From Patescibacteria group bacterium (GTDB lineage Bacteria > Patescibacteriota > Patescibacteriia > UBA11705 > JABHMO01): a stretch of 64,000 nucleotides of DNA. Position numbers and translations under genes: made by a program. The notes beneath the pieces were generated by a model. That model was not told where the DNA came from, made no database searches, and saw only the letters and a program-made list of their open reading frames with translations. The DNA lies in contig JAHIRY010000017.1 in the NCBI GenBank assembly GCA_018818405.1, forward strand, positions 7,563 through 71,562. Reading direction: 5' to 3'. This document shows, in pieces, positions 38,508 to 48,901 of the stretch. Each line of letters begins with the position of its first letter. Positions within the stretch are counted from its first letter, which is position 1.

Positions 38508-38550
38508 TTGAAAAAACAAAGACACCTGTGATTCAGAACCACAGGTGTCT
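38508..38550 (-). terminator. Intrinsic terminator for the GC-rich gene
   Basis: Perfect 11-bp inverted repeat AGACACCTGTG...CACAGGTGTCT with a 9-nt loop, followed on the minus strand by TTGTTTTTTC. Confidence 0.6.
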
Positions 38551-38596
38551 AATGCTATTTAGTTTTCAAAGAACTTCCGAGAACGGATGATGACGA

Positions 38597-39862
38597 CTAG
38601 GCGTCGTCACCGTCCTCGGAGTACCGACCCCGCCGCTGCCACCCGCCCTGGCGCTGGGGCGAGCCGCGGCCGAGCCGCTCGGATCCGCGGATACGAGCCC
38701 GGAGCCCCTCGGCCTTCTGGCGCGCCGCCTCTCGCCGCTTGCGATCCTCTTCTCGCTGGACGAACCAGCGCGCGAAGAGAATCGCCTGGACGGCGTTGAA
38801 GGGGGTGAGAACGGAATCACAGTGGATGTCCTGAAGGAGCTTGAAATCCTCCTTCATCACCACCGCGTACGTCGCCTCGTCCCCACTCAGACGCTTCACG
38901 ACGATCGCCTGCCTGGAGAACGGGATGACCCGTCTCGTCCCCTCCGCCGCACCCGCGAGGTAATTGGGGTCTAGCACCTGCTTTACCCACAACCACCAGT
39001 CGCCGGGCGACTCGATGTTTGCGGACTTGACCCGGGTCTCGTAGACCCGGAGGTAGGGGGGAAAGACGCTCTCGAGCGCCGACTTGCTCGGCGCATCGAT
39101 CTCGCCGGCGGCCGGCTTGAGATCGAGCGGGTCGAGCTTCGCGAGTGCCTCGAGGCTCACCCAAGACTGCTCCCAGTCGACCGTCTTGAGGACGGCCAGC
39201 CGTTCGAAGCGCGCCTCCTCCTCCTTGCGGAGGCGGAGGATGCACTCGGTGAGAGCCTCGGGCCTGACCGTGGTGCGCCGCTCCTCGGAGAGGAGCCGGG
39301 CGACCATGGTCGCGTTCGCAGAGCTGAAGAAGCGATCCTTCCCCTCGAACCACACGACGCGAACGTCGTTCGGCTCGAGGTTCATCGGCTCGTCCTCCTC
39401 GGTCGACAGGTAGTCGACGAGGTGGCCGTCCTCGGGCAGGCTGACGGACACATCGAGGCCGAAGCGCTCGATGTAGTGGGGCAGGCTGGAGATGAGGATC
39501 GGGGAGTTGTCCCCGGCGGGGGCGGGCTGGACGGTCTCGGTCTCGGCGGGGTGGGAAACGATGTCGGCGGTCGGGGACTCGGTGGTGGTCGGGATCTCGG
39601 TGGCGGGCTTGGGGGACAGCATGGTAGCCTCCTCGGACTTGTTGGTGTTCTGCTTCTGCTTGCGGATCTCTTCAGCGGCCTTCCGCCTTTCGGCGGCGGC
39701 CGCTTCATTCTTCACCTGCTCGGCACGGCGTGCGGTCTTTCGAACCGCCTGCCGCTCCAGAGCTTCGGCCTTCTTCTGCGCCTTGGCGGCGACAGAAGGG
39801 TCTGGCTTCTTGTCCTTCTTCTTGTTGTCCTTGTTGTTGCCTTCTTCCTTCTTGCGTCCCAT
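38597..39862 (-). CDS. Hypothetical protein encoded in a ~65-70% GC island (charged Lys/Glu/Arg-rich tails, unknown core)
   Basis: 421-aa ORF (by eye far GC-richer than its flanks, roughly two-thirds G+C against ~35% background). N-terminus MGRKKEEGNNKDNKKKDKKPDP, C-terminus RGSPQRQGGWQRRGRYSEDGDDA. Numerous spurious overlapping ORFs on both strands, as expected for stop-poor GC-rich DNA. Confidence 0.45.
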   Translation of the reverse strand: MGRKKEEGNNKDNKKKDKKPDPSVAAKAQKKAEALERQAVRKTARRAEQVKNEAAAAERRKAAEEIRKQKQNTNKSEEATMLSPKPATEIPTTTESPTADIVSHPAETETVQPAPAGDNSPILISSLPHYIERFGLDVSVSLPEDGHLVDYLSTEEDEPMNLEPNDVRVVWFEGKDRFFSSANATMVARLLSEERRTTVRPEALTECILRLRKEEEARFERLAVLKTVDWEQSWVSLEALAKLDPLDLKPAAGEIDAPSKSALESVFPPYLRVYETRVKSANIESPGDWWLWVKQVLDPNYLAGAAEGTRRVIPFSRQAIVVKRLSGDEATYAVVMKEDFKLLQDIHCDSVLTPFNAVQAILFARWFVQREEDRKRREAARQKAEGLRARIRGSERLGRGSPQRQGGWQRRGRYSEDGDDA

Positions 39863-40255
39863 TCTGTACTCCTTATATATGTTTTGAAAACTGTTGACGT
39901 TGTGACACTGCTGCTGCCTATAAATAACACTTGATCCTCGAAACTTTTAATTTCAGATATATTACTTCTTGACCAATCGATACAGGCAGTAGTTGTGTCA
40001 CAACGAGATGAAATGAACGATTAACTGATTATTATAGCAAAAATCGGCAATTTTGTCAACCCACATAAAATCAAAACAACAATATTACGCAATTTTAGCC
40101 AATTAAAATCGTTAATACGGAACAACACTATTTGAATAGGGAAACTCGCGTTCTTTACTATTCAACTCGATTTTTATATAATAAATTCACAGAAACTTAT
40201 CATTATAATAATAAAATCAACAATCGACTTAATAGTCATTATTTTAGCTAATTTT

Positions 40256-41797
40256 ATGGAAAACTTGAATTTAACCAATGTTCGCGTGAGAATAGCGCCC
40301 AGTCCGACCGGATTTGTGCATATCGGCAATCTGAGAACCATTTTGTACAATTATCTGTTCGCAAAGCATTATAAAGGAAAATTCATCATCAGAATCGAAG
40401 ACACTGACCAGAGCCGATTCGTGCCCGGAGCGCTGGAAAATCTGCTCGGAGTTTTGCAGTGGGCGGGCTTTGAAAACGATGAAGGACCTTTTATTACTCC
40501 GGAAAACACATTGGGAGAAAAAGGAGAATTCGGTCCGTATATTCAGTCGGCTCGCCTCAAAATCTACCACGATTACATTCAACAATTGCTCGACAAAAAC
40601 AAAGCCTACTGCTGTTTCTGTCCGAAAGAACGGCTGGAAAAATTAAGAGCAGATCAAGTCGCAAACAAAAAAGCGCCGAAATATGATAACTTTTGCCGTA
40701 ACCTCTCGCGCGAAGAAGTTCAGTCAATGCTCGCCGGCGGAACTCCGCATGTCATCCGATTCAAAATGCCGGAAAACAAGGAAATCATTGTAAAAGACAT
40801 TATTCGCGGAAATATCATTGTCAATTCAAAAGATCTCGACGATTATGTTCTGATGAAGGCGGACGGATTTCCCACATATCATTTCGCCAGCATTGTTGAC
40901 GATCATCTGATGAAAATAACGCATGTCATGCGCGGAGAAGAATGGATCGCCAGCGCGCCGAAACATGTTTTGCTATATGAAGCGTTCAATTGGCAGCCGC
41001 CGCTCTTCGCGCATTTGCCGCAACTTCTCAGCAAATCAAAGAAAAAATTAAGCAAACGAGACGGCGATGCATCAGTCCAAGATTTCATTGAAAAAGGTTA
41101 TCTGAAAAAAGCTTTGCTGAATTTCATCGCACTGCTAGGCTGGAACTCCGGCACTGAACAGGAAATTTATTCCATGGATGAAATGATAAAACAATTCACG
41201 CTGGACAATGTACACAAAGCGGGCGCGGTTTTTGACATTGACAAGCTGGATTGGATCAACGGCGTTTACATCAGAGAATTGTCAATCGATGAATTTTACA
41301 ATGAATGCCTGCCATATCTGGTGAATTCCGATTTGCTTTCAATATCCGGCGAAAAACTGGTGATCAATGAAACAGGGGAGCGAGTGAAGCCCGGATTTGT
41401 CAAAGACATTCTGTCCCTCGAACAAACGCGAATAAAACGGCTGAATGAAATTCCGGAAGCAATCGGTTATTTTTTCCGTCATGAACTTGATTATCAGCCG
41501 GAAGCATTGATCTGGAAAAAATCAGACAGAGAACAAACAATTGAAAATTTGCAAAATTTGATAAAATTACTGAAAAAAATAAAACTTCATGAATTTACAA
41601 AAGAAAATTTGGAAAAACTGATTTTCGAATTCCTCGAGAATAAAAGCATTGATACGGGAAGTATGCTCTGGCCGATGCGATTCGCTCTTTCCGGACAAGC
41701 AAAATCGCCGGGACCGTTTGAAATCGCGGACGCCCTCGGCAGAAAGAAAACCATTGAAAGAATCGAGAGCGCGATCGCCAAACTTCAAAATCAATAA
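40256..41797 (+). CDS. gltX: Glutamyl-tRNA synthetase
   Basis: VRVRIAPSPTGFVHIGNLRT (HIGH region), KLSKRDG (KMSKS), class I Glu/Gln-RS layout. Confidence 0.9.
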   Translation: MENLNLTNVRVRIAPSPTGFVHIGNLRTILYNYLFAKHYKGKFIIRIEDTDQSRFVPGALENLLGVLQWAGFENDEGPFITPENTLGEKGEFGPYIQSARLKIYHDYIQQLLDKNKAYCCFCPKERLEKLRADQVANKKAPKYDNFCRNLSREEVQSMLAGGTPHVIRFKMPENKEIIVKDIIRGNIIVNSKDLDDYVLMKADGFPTYHFASIVDDHLMKITHVMRGEEWIASAPKHVLLYEAFNWQPPLFAHLPQLLSKSKKKLSKRDGDASVQDFIEKGYLKKALLNFIALLGWNSGTEQEIYSMDEMIKQFTLDNVHKAGAVFDIDKLDWINGVYIRELSIDEFYNECLPYLVNSDLLSISGEKLVINETGERVKPGFVKDILSLEQTRIKRLNEIPEAIGYFFRHELDYQPEALIWKKSDREQTIENLQNLIKLLKKIKLHEFTKENLEKLIFEFLENKSIDTGSMLWPMRFALSGQAKSPGPFEIADALGRKKTIERIESAIAKLQNQ

Positions 41798-41867
41798 AAC
41801 AAAAACCGAAAACATAAACGCTTGACTTGCCCGCATGCGCATTAAATTGCTATAATATAGTTGAGCT

Positions 41868-43082
41868 ATGAAAAAACAAACAAAAATAAAATTTGGCATT
41901 ATTTTAATATCGCTTTTATTTTGTTTTATTTTGCCGAATATCAATATTGTACGAGGACAGGAAGTGGATGAATTAAACAAAGAAATTGACGCAAAAAAGA
42001 AAGATGTTGACGCAATAAAACAAAAAATCGCGACTTACCAGAAAAGCATTCAACAAAAACAGAATGAAGCCGCATCACTTTCAAATCAGTTGTCAATTCT
42101 GGAAAATCAAATCGCCAAGGCGGAGCTGGATATCAAAGCGACTTCCATTGAAATAGAACAAACCCAGCTGGAAACGCGCAACATGGAAATAAAAATTGTT
42201 GAAAAGGAAGACAAAATAGAAAAGAAAAAAGATGATCTGTCTGATCTGCTCCAAGAATTGCATCGCGCTGATCAGGAGAATACTTTGCGGATTTTTCTGC
42301 TGAATAATTCTTTTTCCGATTATTTCAACCAATTGGAATATACAAAAGATATTCAAAACGGCGTCCAAGGCGCGTTGAACATCGTGAAAGATGAAAAACA
42401 AGTATTGGTGGATGAAAAAAAAGCGCTTGAAACCAAGCAGGAAAAATTAGCTTCTCTAAAAGAAGAACTTGATATAAAACGATCCGAACTGGACGGTGAA
42501 GTGGATTATAAAAGCACTCTCATAGATGAAACGAAAAAATCAGAAGCAAAATACAATGAACTGTATTTGAAAGCAAAACAAGAACAGAGCGCCATCAGCG
42601 CGGAAATTTCCAATCTGGAAAAAGTAATGAGAGCGAAGCTGGAAAGCATGAAGTCAAGCCAACCGCAGTTGACCGACAGCACTCTGGCTTGGCCGGTTCC
42701 AAACAGGGGAATCACAGCGTTTTTTCATGATCCTGATTATCCGTTTCGCTATCTATTCGAACATCCGGCCATTGATGTCAGATGCGCGCAAGGAAGCAGT
42801 ATAAAAGCGCCGGCAGACGGATATGTTTTGAAAGCAATGGACAATGGAATGGGCTATAGTTATATTGCGTTAATTCATGCGAATGGAATTTCAACGGTTT
42901 ACGGCCATGTCAGCAGAATTTATGTAAGCGAGGATGAATTTGTAAAACGCGGAGATGTGATCGGTCTGAGCGGGGGAATGCCGGGAACGCCCGGAGCGGG
43001 AAGATTGTGCACCGGTCCGCATTTGCATTTTGAAGTTCGTCTGAACGGCATTCCTGTAAATCCGGTAAATTATTTGCCGTAA
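41868..43082 (+). CDS. M23-family peptidoglycan metalloendopeptidase with N-terminal coiled coil (EnvC-like)
   Basis: Signal/TM, ~230-aa coiled coil, then C-terminal M23 motifs HPAIDV...GHVS...GPHLHFEVRLNG. Confidence 0.8.
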   Translation: MKKQTKIKFGIILISLLFCFILPNINIVRGQEVDELNKEIDAKKKDVDAIKQKIATYQKSIQQKQNEAASLSNQLSILENQIAKAELDIKATSIEIEQTQLETRNMEIKIVEKEDKIEKKKDDLSDLLQELHRADQENTLRIFLLNNSFSDYFNQLEYTKDIQNGVQGALNIVKDEKQVLVDEKKALETKQEKLASLKEELDIKRSELDGEVDYKSTLIDETKKSEAKYNELYLKAKQEQSAISAEISNLEKVMRAKLESMKSSQPQLTDSTLAWPVPNRGITAFFHDPDYPFRYLFEHPAIDVRCAQGSSIKAPADGYVLKAMDNGMGYSYIALIHANGISTVYGHVSRIYVSEDEFVKRGDVIGLSGGMPGTPGAGRLCTGPHLHFEVRLNGIPVNPVNYLP

Positions 43083-43140
43083 ATTCAAAATTTATAATAA
43101 TTAAATAAGCTGATAAGGCTTATTTAATTTTCGAAAAATT

Positions 43141-43521
43141 ATGAATGGACATGAAGAGTTGGTAAATTTGATGTTCGAACGAGTTTGCGCTATTTTGAAA
43201 ATCAGTGATGTAAAATTCAAAATAATGAACCGCCAAAAAAGCAAAAGCAATCAATCGTATGTCGCCGGATATATAAATCTCAGAACAAGATTGATTGTGC
43301 TGGATATTTACACGCCAAAAACATTAAAACCGAAAAGTTTGAACGGTTTGATTCGCGTATTGGCGCATGAAATAGCGCATATTCAAAAACCGCCTTATCA
43401 ACAGTTCCATCGCGGCCGCTGGATCGTCAGACAGCATTATCCGGCGTTTTATCAACAAACGGAGCGTAATATCAACAAAATAAAAAAAGATAACATTCTG
43501 GGCGTTCATTTCAAAAGTTAA
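43141..43521 (+). CDS. Putative HExxH zinc-metallohydrolase-like small protein (YgjP/DUF45-like)
   Basis: LIRVLAHEIAHIQKPPYQQFHRGRW: HExxH followed by an aromatic/His segment as in DUF45/SprT-like proteins. Confidence 0.35.
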   Translation: MNGHEELVNLMFERVCAILKISDVKFKIMNRQKSKSNQSYVAGYINLRTRLIVLDIYTPKTLKPKSLNGLIRVLAHEIAHIQKPPYQQFHRGRWIVRQHYPAFYQQTERNINKIKKDNILGVHFKS

Positions 43522-44346
43522 TTTACTTCCTTTGAACAGGGGTAATTATTTCTTATGTGGATAATTAAGAAAGTTTGTTAAATAATTTGTCTTTGTCTAT
43601 TTTTGTTATATAATTAAGATATGACATACAATAAGCAACCAAATAAAAAAGTAGCAAAAGTTCCATCGCTGGGCGGATCAGTTTTAGATGCTGACGATTT
43701 TATAAAAAGCGTAAGGGAAATAAGAGCAATAATGATGAAAAACGATAAAAACGATGAAGAAATTTTTAAAAATAGATTTCAGATAGAAACAAGTGCCAGC
43801 TAACTACTCAACAAACAAGCATATATTGGTAGACACCTGCTTTTTAAGCGGTTTTTTTTTATAATCCAAATCCTTTTGAGGGGTTAATACACAGGTTATT
43901 AAAAGAAGAACATTGTATCTGGTGTATTAATGACCTTATCAAACTGGAATTTATTAGAGTTGCGAAAAATTCAGAAGAAAAAGAGAAAATAGAAAATTTT
44001 TTAGGACCATCAAATTTTTTTGATTTACCTTTAACCGCAGATATTATTAACGAATCCATAATGCTATATCCTTTACTTAACCACTTACCACTTAATAAAA
44101 ATCAAATATCAGTAGTTGATATAATCAGCGTGGCATATCTAAAAAAATTTAATAACAATTTATTATTTTTAACATTAGACAATAACGATTATCCTTTACT
44201 AGACAGAGTAGCGGTCGGTGCAATAGATCTGAAAGGCGACAGCTTAAAAGATAAAGGAATATTAACTTGGGGAATGTATCAATTTAATGAAGCAAAAATT
44301 AATGGCCTGCAAAACAATTTTAATCAATAGTGTATTAGGCAGGGGA

Positions 44347-44381
44347 GAAGCGGTATAAATCAAGCATTACCGCTTTTTTTA
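44347..44381 (+). terminator. Intrinsic terminator
   Basis: AAGCGGTAtaaatcaagcatTACCGCTTTTTTTAT. Confidence 0.55.
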
Positions 44382-44993
44382 TTTATGTGACCCAACGCTC
44401 GGGCGGGAAGGCGAGTGGAAACAAAATTAAATTGAATTTATAGAATTGAAAATATATAGTGTCGCACATTATATCTTATACGACATTAGGCTAAAAATCC
44501 GCCGGAATCCGCATTTTCATGAGTATTATCATTCATGAGATATATGCCTCGATTACAGCGCGATTTTGAGCCTCGTTTTTTATCTAAACTTAGATAATAT
44601 ATGACAATGTTATCTGTGAAATTAGATAAAAATGCATACAAAAACTTTACAAACTTTTTATGATTTTTTTGTATTTTTACATTGTAAAATTTAAAATTAA
44701 TTTTAAACGCAACTTCGCACTCATTTCCCTATTATCATTTTATTCTTCACCAATTGTTCATTTCTCGCGCGCTTCCCTTCTGCAATGTTGCCACTTCACC
44801 AAGTGTCGTAAAATATACACAGCGGTGTGGAAAAGAATAGCGGTGCAAACAAAATAAATTTTGAAATAAAAAAAACCGCTTGATCATCTTTCTGACCAAA
44901 CGAATAAATTTTCACTTCACATCCCAATTACCCGATTTGAACCTCATCCCCTGCCCTTCCAACAAATACAAGCAAGCCAATCATTCTTCCTCG

Positions 44994-45821
44994 TCATTTA
45001 TAATAAATTCTCTCGCCGAAACGAAGGTCAATGTATTTCAATTTGCTCAGTTCTTCTTTCATTTCCGGCTGATTGAGCAGAGCGTCCAGCCGCAGAGCTT
45101 GTTCGTCGAAATTCAGATTGGAATTGAAATAAATTGAAAATCCGTCGTCTGTTTTCAATTCCAGCGAATTGTCCGTTTTCTCATATGCCAGCGGAGTGAA
45201 TTTATCAATCGCGATCATTTGAACTTGAAAATTCAGTTTTATCAGATTGTCCAGCTCTTCCCCGCTGACCGACGCCGGCTCGCCGATTTTCAGCTCTTTG
45301 TTCTTCATGTCCCTTATCGTCAAAAACGCATTGTTGTCCTCGCAATATTCGATCGCCACGCCCGTCAAATCCAGATGATAGCAGAGATCATTTGACAGCC
45401 AATTGATGGCAGATTCTTTTTCCTTCAATTCAATCATAATTTTATCGGGAAACTTTTTTTTGATCGCCAACTCCTCGAACCAATATTTTTCAATGATTTT
45501 GTTTTTCAAATCATTCGGCTTGAAAAGCCAATAATTATTGCGCGAAAAAATAATCATTTTTCTCTGACTGCGATAACTGTCAATTATTTTATCAATGTTT
45601 TCTTTTTTGATTTTTTGCAAACCGTTAATTTCAATATTTTTTATTTGAAAATATTGCGACATGAAAATGAAATAAATTATGCCGCCGATCAAAATAAAAA
45701 CAAACGCCAGCAAAACTTTTAAAATTCTGCTGTGACGGATTTCCTGTTCTTTTTGAAGCCTTGGATTGCGAAAATCAAGGTTTTTGAAATCTTTTTGATA
45801 TTTGGCGCTTATTTTTGACAT
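44994..45821 (-). CDS. ftsQ: Cell division protein FtsQ/DivIB
   Basis: N-terminal cytoplasmic segment, one TM helix, POTRA-like IKNIEINGLQKIKKENI, about 270 aa. Confidence 0.6.
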   Translation of the reverse strand: MSKISAKYQKDFKNLDFRNPRLQKEQEIRHSRILKVLLAFVFILIGGIIYFIFMSQYFQIKNIEINGLQKIKKENIDKIIDSYRSQRKMIIFSRNNYWLFKPNDLKNKIIEKYWFEELAIKKKFPDKIMIELKEKESAINWLSNDLCYHLDLTGVAIEYCEDNNAFLTIRDMKNKELKIGEPASVSGEELDNLIKLNFQVQMIAIDKFTPLAYEKTDNSLELKTDDGFSIYFNSNLNFDEQALRLDALLNQPEMKEELSKLKYIDLRFGERIYYK

Positions 45822-45987
45822 ATTGTCTCTATTATTACCTCGCAGGTGACGGAATATAGAAATTAGAATGCTTGCGGTGACTTAACTTATTTATTTACAA
45901 GCCGGCGCAAAATTTTGCGCCGATACATTTCGTCTCGGCGGATGCAATCCGCCGCTACATTACCTGCTTTCTTGCTTATCTCGCTTT

Positions 45988-47124
45988 CTATCTTACAAAC
46001 CGCTTTACCAACGGATTTATTCTTGTCACAACTTCATAATTGATTGTATTCATTTTTCCGGCTAGTTCTTCCGCTGTTATTTCTTCGTTTTCCTGTCTGC
46101 CGAGAAGAACAACTTCATCTTCCAGCTCAACTTCAGCCAAATGCGTCACATCTACAATTGTCATGTTCATGCAAATTCTTCCCAAAACTTTGCAGCGCTT
46201 TCCGCGGATCAGAACATTTCCAACACTGGAAAGTCCTCGGTCATACCCGTCCCAATATCCGATCGGCAAAATCGCGATTTTCGAATCAATAAAAACTTTT
46301 TCCGTGCAACCGTAGCTCACCGGAGTTCCGGCCGGCAAATTTTTTATTTGCGCGATGCGCGTTTTCCAAGTTAAAATCGGATTCAATTTCATTTCAATGT
46401 TTTTTTCCGTTGCAGTCACTTTTGTTTCTTTTGACGACCACAGACCGTACATGCTTATTCCCACTCGAACAAGATCAAAATGAGTTTCAGAAAATAAAAC
46501 CGCGGCCGCACTGCACGCAGTATGTTTTACAAAATTTTCAAAACCGTTTTCTTTCAAATGAGCGACCGCTTCTTTATATCTTTTCAATTGATTTTCCGCA
46601 TACGAATGATCAGTCGTATCTTCAATATTGGCAAAATGAGTGGACACTCCGGCCAATTCAAGCAAAGAAGATTGCCTGAAAATTTCCACATACTTGTCCA
46701 AGTCGTGAACAAAAATTCCCTGTCGCGAAGTTCCGGTTTCAATCTTCAAATGAACAAACGCTTTTTTTTGCAATCGCGCGGAAATTTTTCCCAAGTCCCT
46801 CAAGGTTTCCAAATTGGCGACAACTTGATGAAATCCGTTTTCAACCGTTTGTTCCAATCTCGACAGCAAAGTGTAGCCGAGAATTAAAATCGGTTTCTCG
46901 CTCCCCCGCTCTCTCAATTTCAATGCCTCGTCAATCGAATCAACCGCAAACAAATCAACATATTTTTCCGCGACCGAACAAACTTCGCAAAATCCATGGC
47001 CGTAAGCGTTTGATTTCACTGTTGCCGCTAATTTCACCGTCTCCCCTATTCTGTTTCTAAATTGCAGCAAATTATCAATCAAATTTTGCTCGGAAATCTC
47101 AACCCAAACTTTTTCATTTATCAT
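45988..47124 (-). CDS. alr: Alanine racemase
   Basis: PLP-lysine motif VKSNAYGHG and a C-terminal beta domain. Track ORF extends to 47199. Confidence 0.85.
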   Translation of the reverse strand: MINEKVWVEISEQNLIDNLLQFRNRIGETVKLAATVKSNAYGHGFCEVCSVAEKYVDLFAVDSIDEALKLRERGSEKPILILGYTLLSRLEQTVENGFHQVVANLETLRDLGKISARLQKKAFVHLKIETGTSRQGIFVHDLDKYVEIFRQSSLLELAGVSTHFANIEDTTDHSYAENQLKRYKEAVAHLKENGFENFVKHTACSAAAVLFSETHFDLVRVGISMYGLWSSKETKVTATEKNIEMKLNPILTWKTRIAQIKNLPAGTPVSYGCTEKVFIDSKIAILPIGYWDGYDRGLSSVGNVLIRGKRCKVLGRICMNMTIVDVTHLAEVELEDEVVLLGRQENEEITAEELAGKMNTINYEVVTRINPLVKRFVR

Positions 47125-47231
47125 AAATATAATTTTCCTTTTATCCTGCGAATATGAATCAATTTTACAATAAATCAAAACATTGAGCAAAAAAAACAAA
47201 CGGCTGATTCGCGCCGTTTGTTTTAAAAGTT

Positions 47232-48497
47232 CTAACCAATCAATTCCTGATTGTCCATGTACGGACGCAAAACCTCCGGAATCGTCACTGTTCCATCTTC
47301 ATTCTGATACATTTCCAAAATGGGAATGAGAATTCTCGGAGTCGCCACGACAGTATTGTTCAAAGTATGACAAAAATTTATTTTTCCTTCTTTCGTCTTA
47401 TAGCGAATGTTCAAACGCCTCGCCTGAAAATCATGCAAAGTTGAACAAGAATGCGTCTCGCCGTAACTTTCTCTACTCGGCATCCAAGTTTCTATATCAT
47501 TCATATAATACTTCCCCTGGCCCATGTCTCCGGTGCAAATATTCAAAACGCGATACGGCAATTTCAAATTCTGCAAAAATTCCTGTGAATTTGACAACAA
47601 TTCTTCATGCAATTCATAGCTCTCTCGGTGGTCATTTTTACAAATTATAAATTGCTCGACTTTCATGAATTGGTGAACGCGATAAAGTCCTTGCGTATCT
47701 TTGCCGTAACTGCCTGCTTCGCGCCGGAAACAAACGGAAAAAGCCGCATAACGCAGAGGCAAATCAGCTTCATTCAAAATTTCATCCGCGTGCATTGAAG
47801 CGATCGCCACTTCCGAAGTTCCTGCCAAATATTTATCATCTTTTTGCAAATAATAAGTTTCTTCTTCCGCTCCGGGAAAATGTCCTGTTCCGTACAATGT
47901 TTGGCGATTTACAATTACGGGAACTGACAGTAATTTATAATTTTTTCGGCTGATGAAATCCTCGGCATATTTTATCAGCGCCGCTTCCAACCTAGCTCCG
48001 TCTCCTTTTAAAATATATGAACGGCTTCCTCCGACTTTCGCGCCTCTTTCCATGTCAATAATATCCAACTCATTGCCGATTTGAATATGGCTCTTTGGAA
48101 CGAATTTGAATTTCGGCGGTTCGAAATTGCGAAAAATTTCCACATTTCCCGATTCATCTATTCCTCTCGGTGTTCGCTCGTCCACAATCATCGGAACGAG
48201 AAACATCAAGTCAGTAAATTCATTTTTTATTTCTTTCAACTCATCCTCGAATTTTTCTTGCGCTTCATCAACTTCTTTCATCTCGCGCAAAGCCGCTGAT
48301 CGCTCGCTCTCGCTCATCATCGGAATTTGCCGAGACGCGACATTTTTCTTTGTTCGCAATTCTTCTATTTTTTGCATCAGCATTCTGCGCTTGTCATCGA
48401 GCTTGATGAGCTTGTCAATATCAACTTTGCAATTTTTTTCGCTCGCGGCTTTTTTTACTGCGTCAATGTTTTCTCTGATAAATTTTATATCCAGCAT
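47232..48497 (-). CDS. serS: Seryl-tRNA synthetase
   Basis: N-terminal coiled coil (MLDIKFIRENIDAVKK...), class II core with RYAAFSVCFRREAG and GTGHFPG-like motifs. Confidence 0.9.
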   Translation of the reverse strand: MLDIKFIRENIDAVKKAASEKNCKVDIDKLIKLDDKRRMLMQKIEELRTKKNVASRQIPMMSESERSAALREMKEVDEAQEKFEDELKEIKNEFTDLMFLVPMIVDERTPRGIDESGNVEIFRNFEPPKFKFVPKSHIQIGNELDIIDMERGAKVGGSRSYILKGDGARLEAALIKYAEDFISRKNYKLLSVPVIVNRQTLYGTGHFPGAEEETYYLQKDDKYLAGTSEVAIASMHADEILNEADLPLRYAAFSVCFRREAGSYGKDTQGLYRVHQFMKVEQFIICKNDHRESYELHEELLSNSQEFLQNLKLPYRVLNICTGDMGQGKYYMNDIETWMPSRESYGETHSCSTLHDFQARRLNIRYKTKEGKINFCHTLNNTVVATPRILIPILEMYQNEDGTVTIPEVLRPYMDNQELIG

Positions 48498-48805
48498 ATT
48501 TGTATTATTTATATTTGTTTATGAAATTCCGAAAAAATAAAAGTTATTCCCCCAACGGGGAGAAAAAACATGACAAAACAAATTTTCCAAAAATAATATT
48601 CATTTTCAAATCATTTACCCTGCATATACATTAAACATCATTTTCAGTCTAATTTCAAATTGTAGTATTTTGTCCCGGACAACTCTTATTTTCGGTCATT
48701 TTCCAAGGCTTAATTTACAACAAATGCTAATTCAACAGCAACAAGTATTGACAAATTATTGATTATATGCTATAATAATAAAGTTTGCATAAAGGAGGAT
48801 TTTCC

Positions 48806-48901
48806 ATGCTCGAGATCATAGGAACCGCCGTCGTAGCGGTGGGATTCCTGGGATACTTCGTGGGAGCCATGCTCCCGCTGTTCCAGGATCTCGCCGACTA
48901 A
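48806..48901 (+). CDS. 31-aa hydrophobic peptide gene with GC-rich composition (possible KdpF-like or other small membrane peptide)
   Basis: Strong SD AAAGGAGG 9 nt upstream of ATG. MLEIIGTAVVAVGFLGYFVGAMLPLFQDLAD is a single TM helix. GC-rich stem plus T-run terminator right after the stop. GC far above flanks. Confidence 0.4.
   Translation: MLEIIGTAVVAVGFLGYFVGAMLPLFQDLAD

Noticed and set aside
38587-39934. Numerous overlapping ORFs on both strands inside the GC island (e.g. 38817..39353 -, 39382..39708 -, 39422..39934 +, 39492..39887 +)
   Set aside because: GC-rich DNA is stop-codon-poor in all frames. These have Pro/Arg/Gly/Ala-rich low-complexity translations and are nested in the single long ORF 38597..39862.
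43859-44330. Small ORFs 43859..44059 (-) and 44061..44330 (+) in the AT-rich low-coding stretch
   Set aside because: Low-complexity Asn/Lys/Ile-rich translations typical of AT-rich non-coding DNA. No SD or homology. Treated as part of the low-coding region finding.
45822-45987. Perfect palindromes GGCGCAAAATTTTGCGCC and GGCGGATgcaATCCGCC between alr and ftsQ
   Set aside because: They look like terminator stems for alr but lack a convincing T-run on the minus strand. They may be protein-binding palindromes, with insufficient evidence to call a feature.
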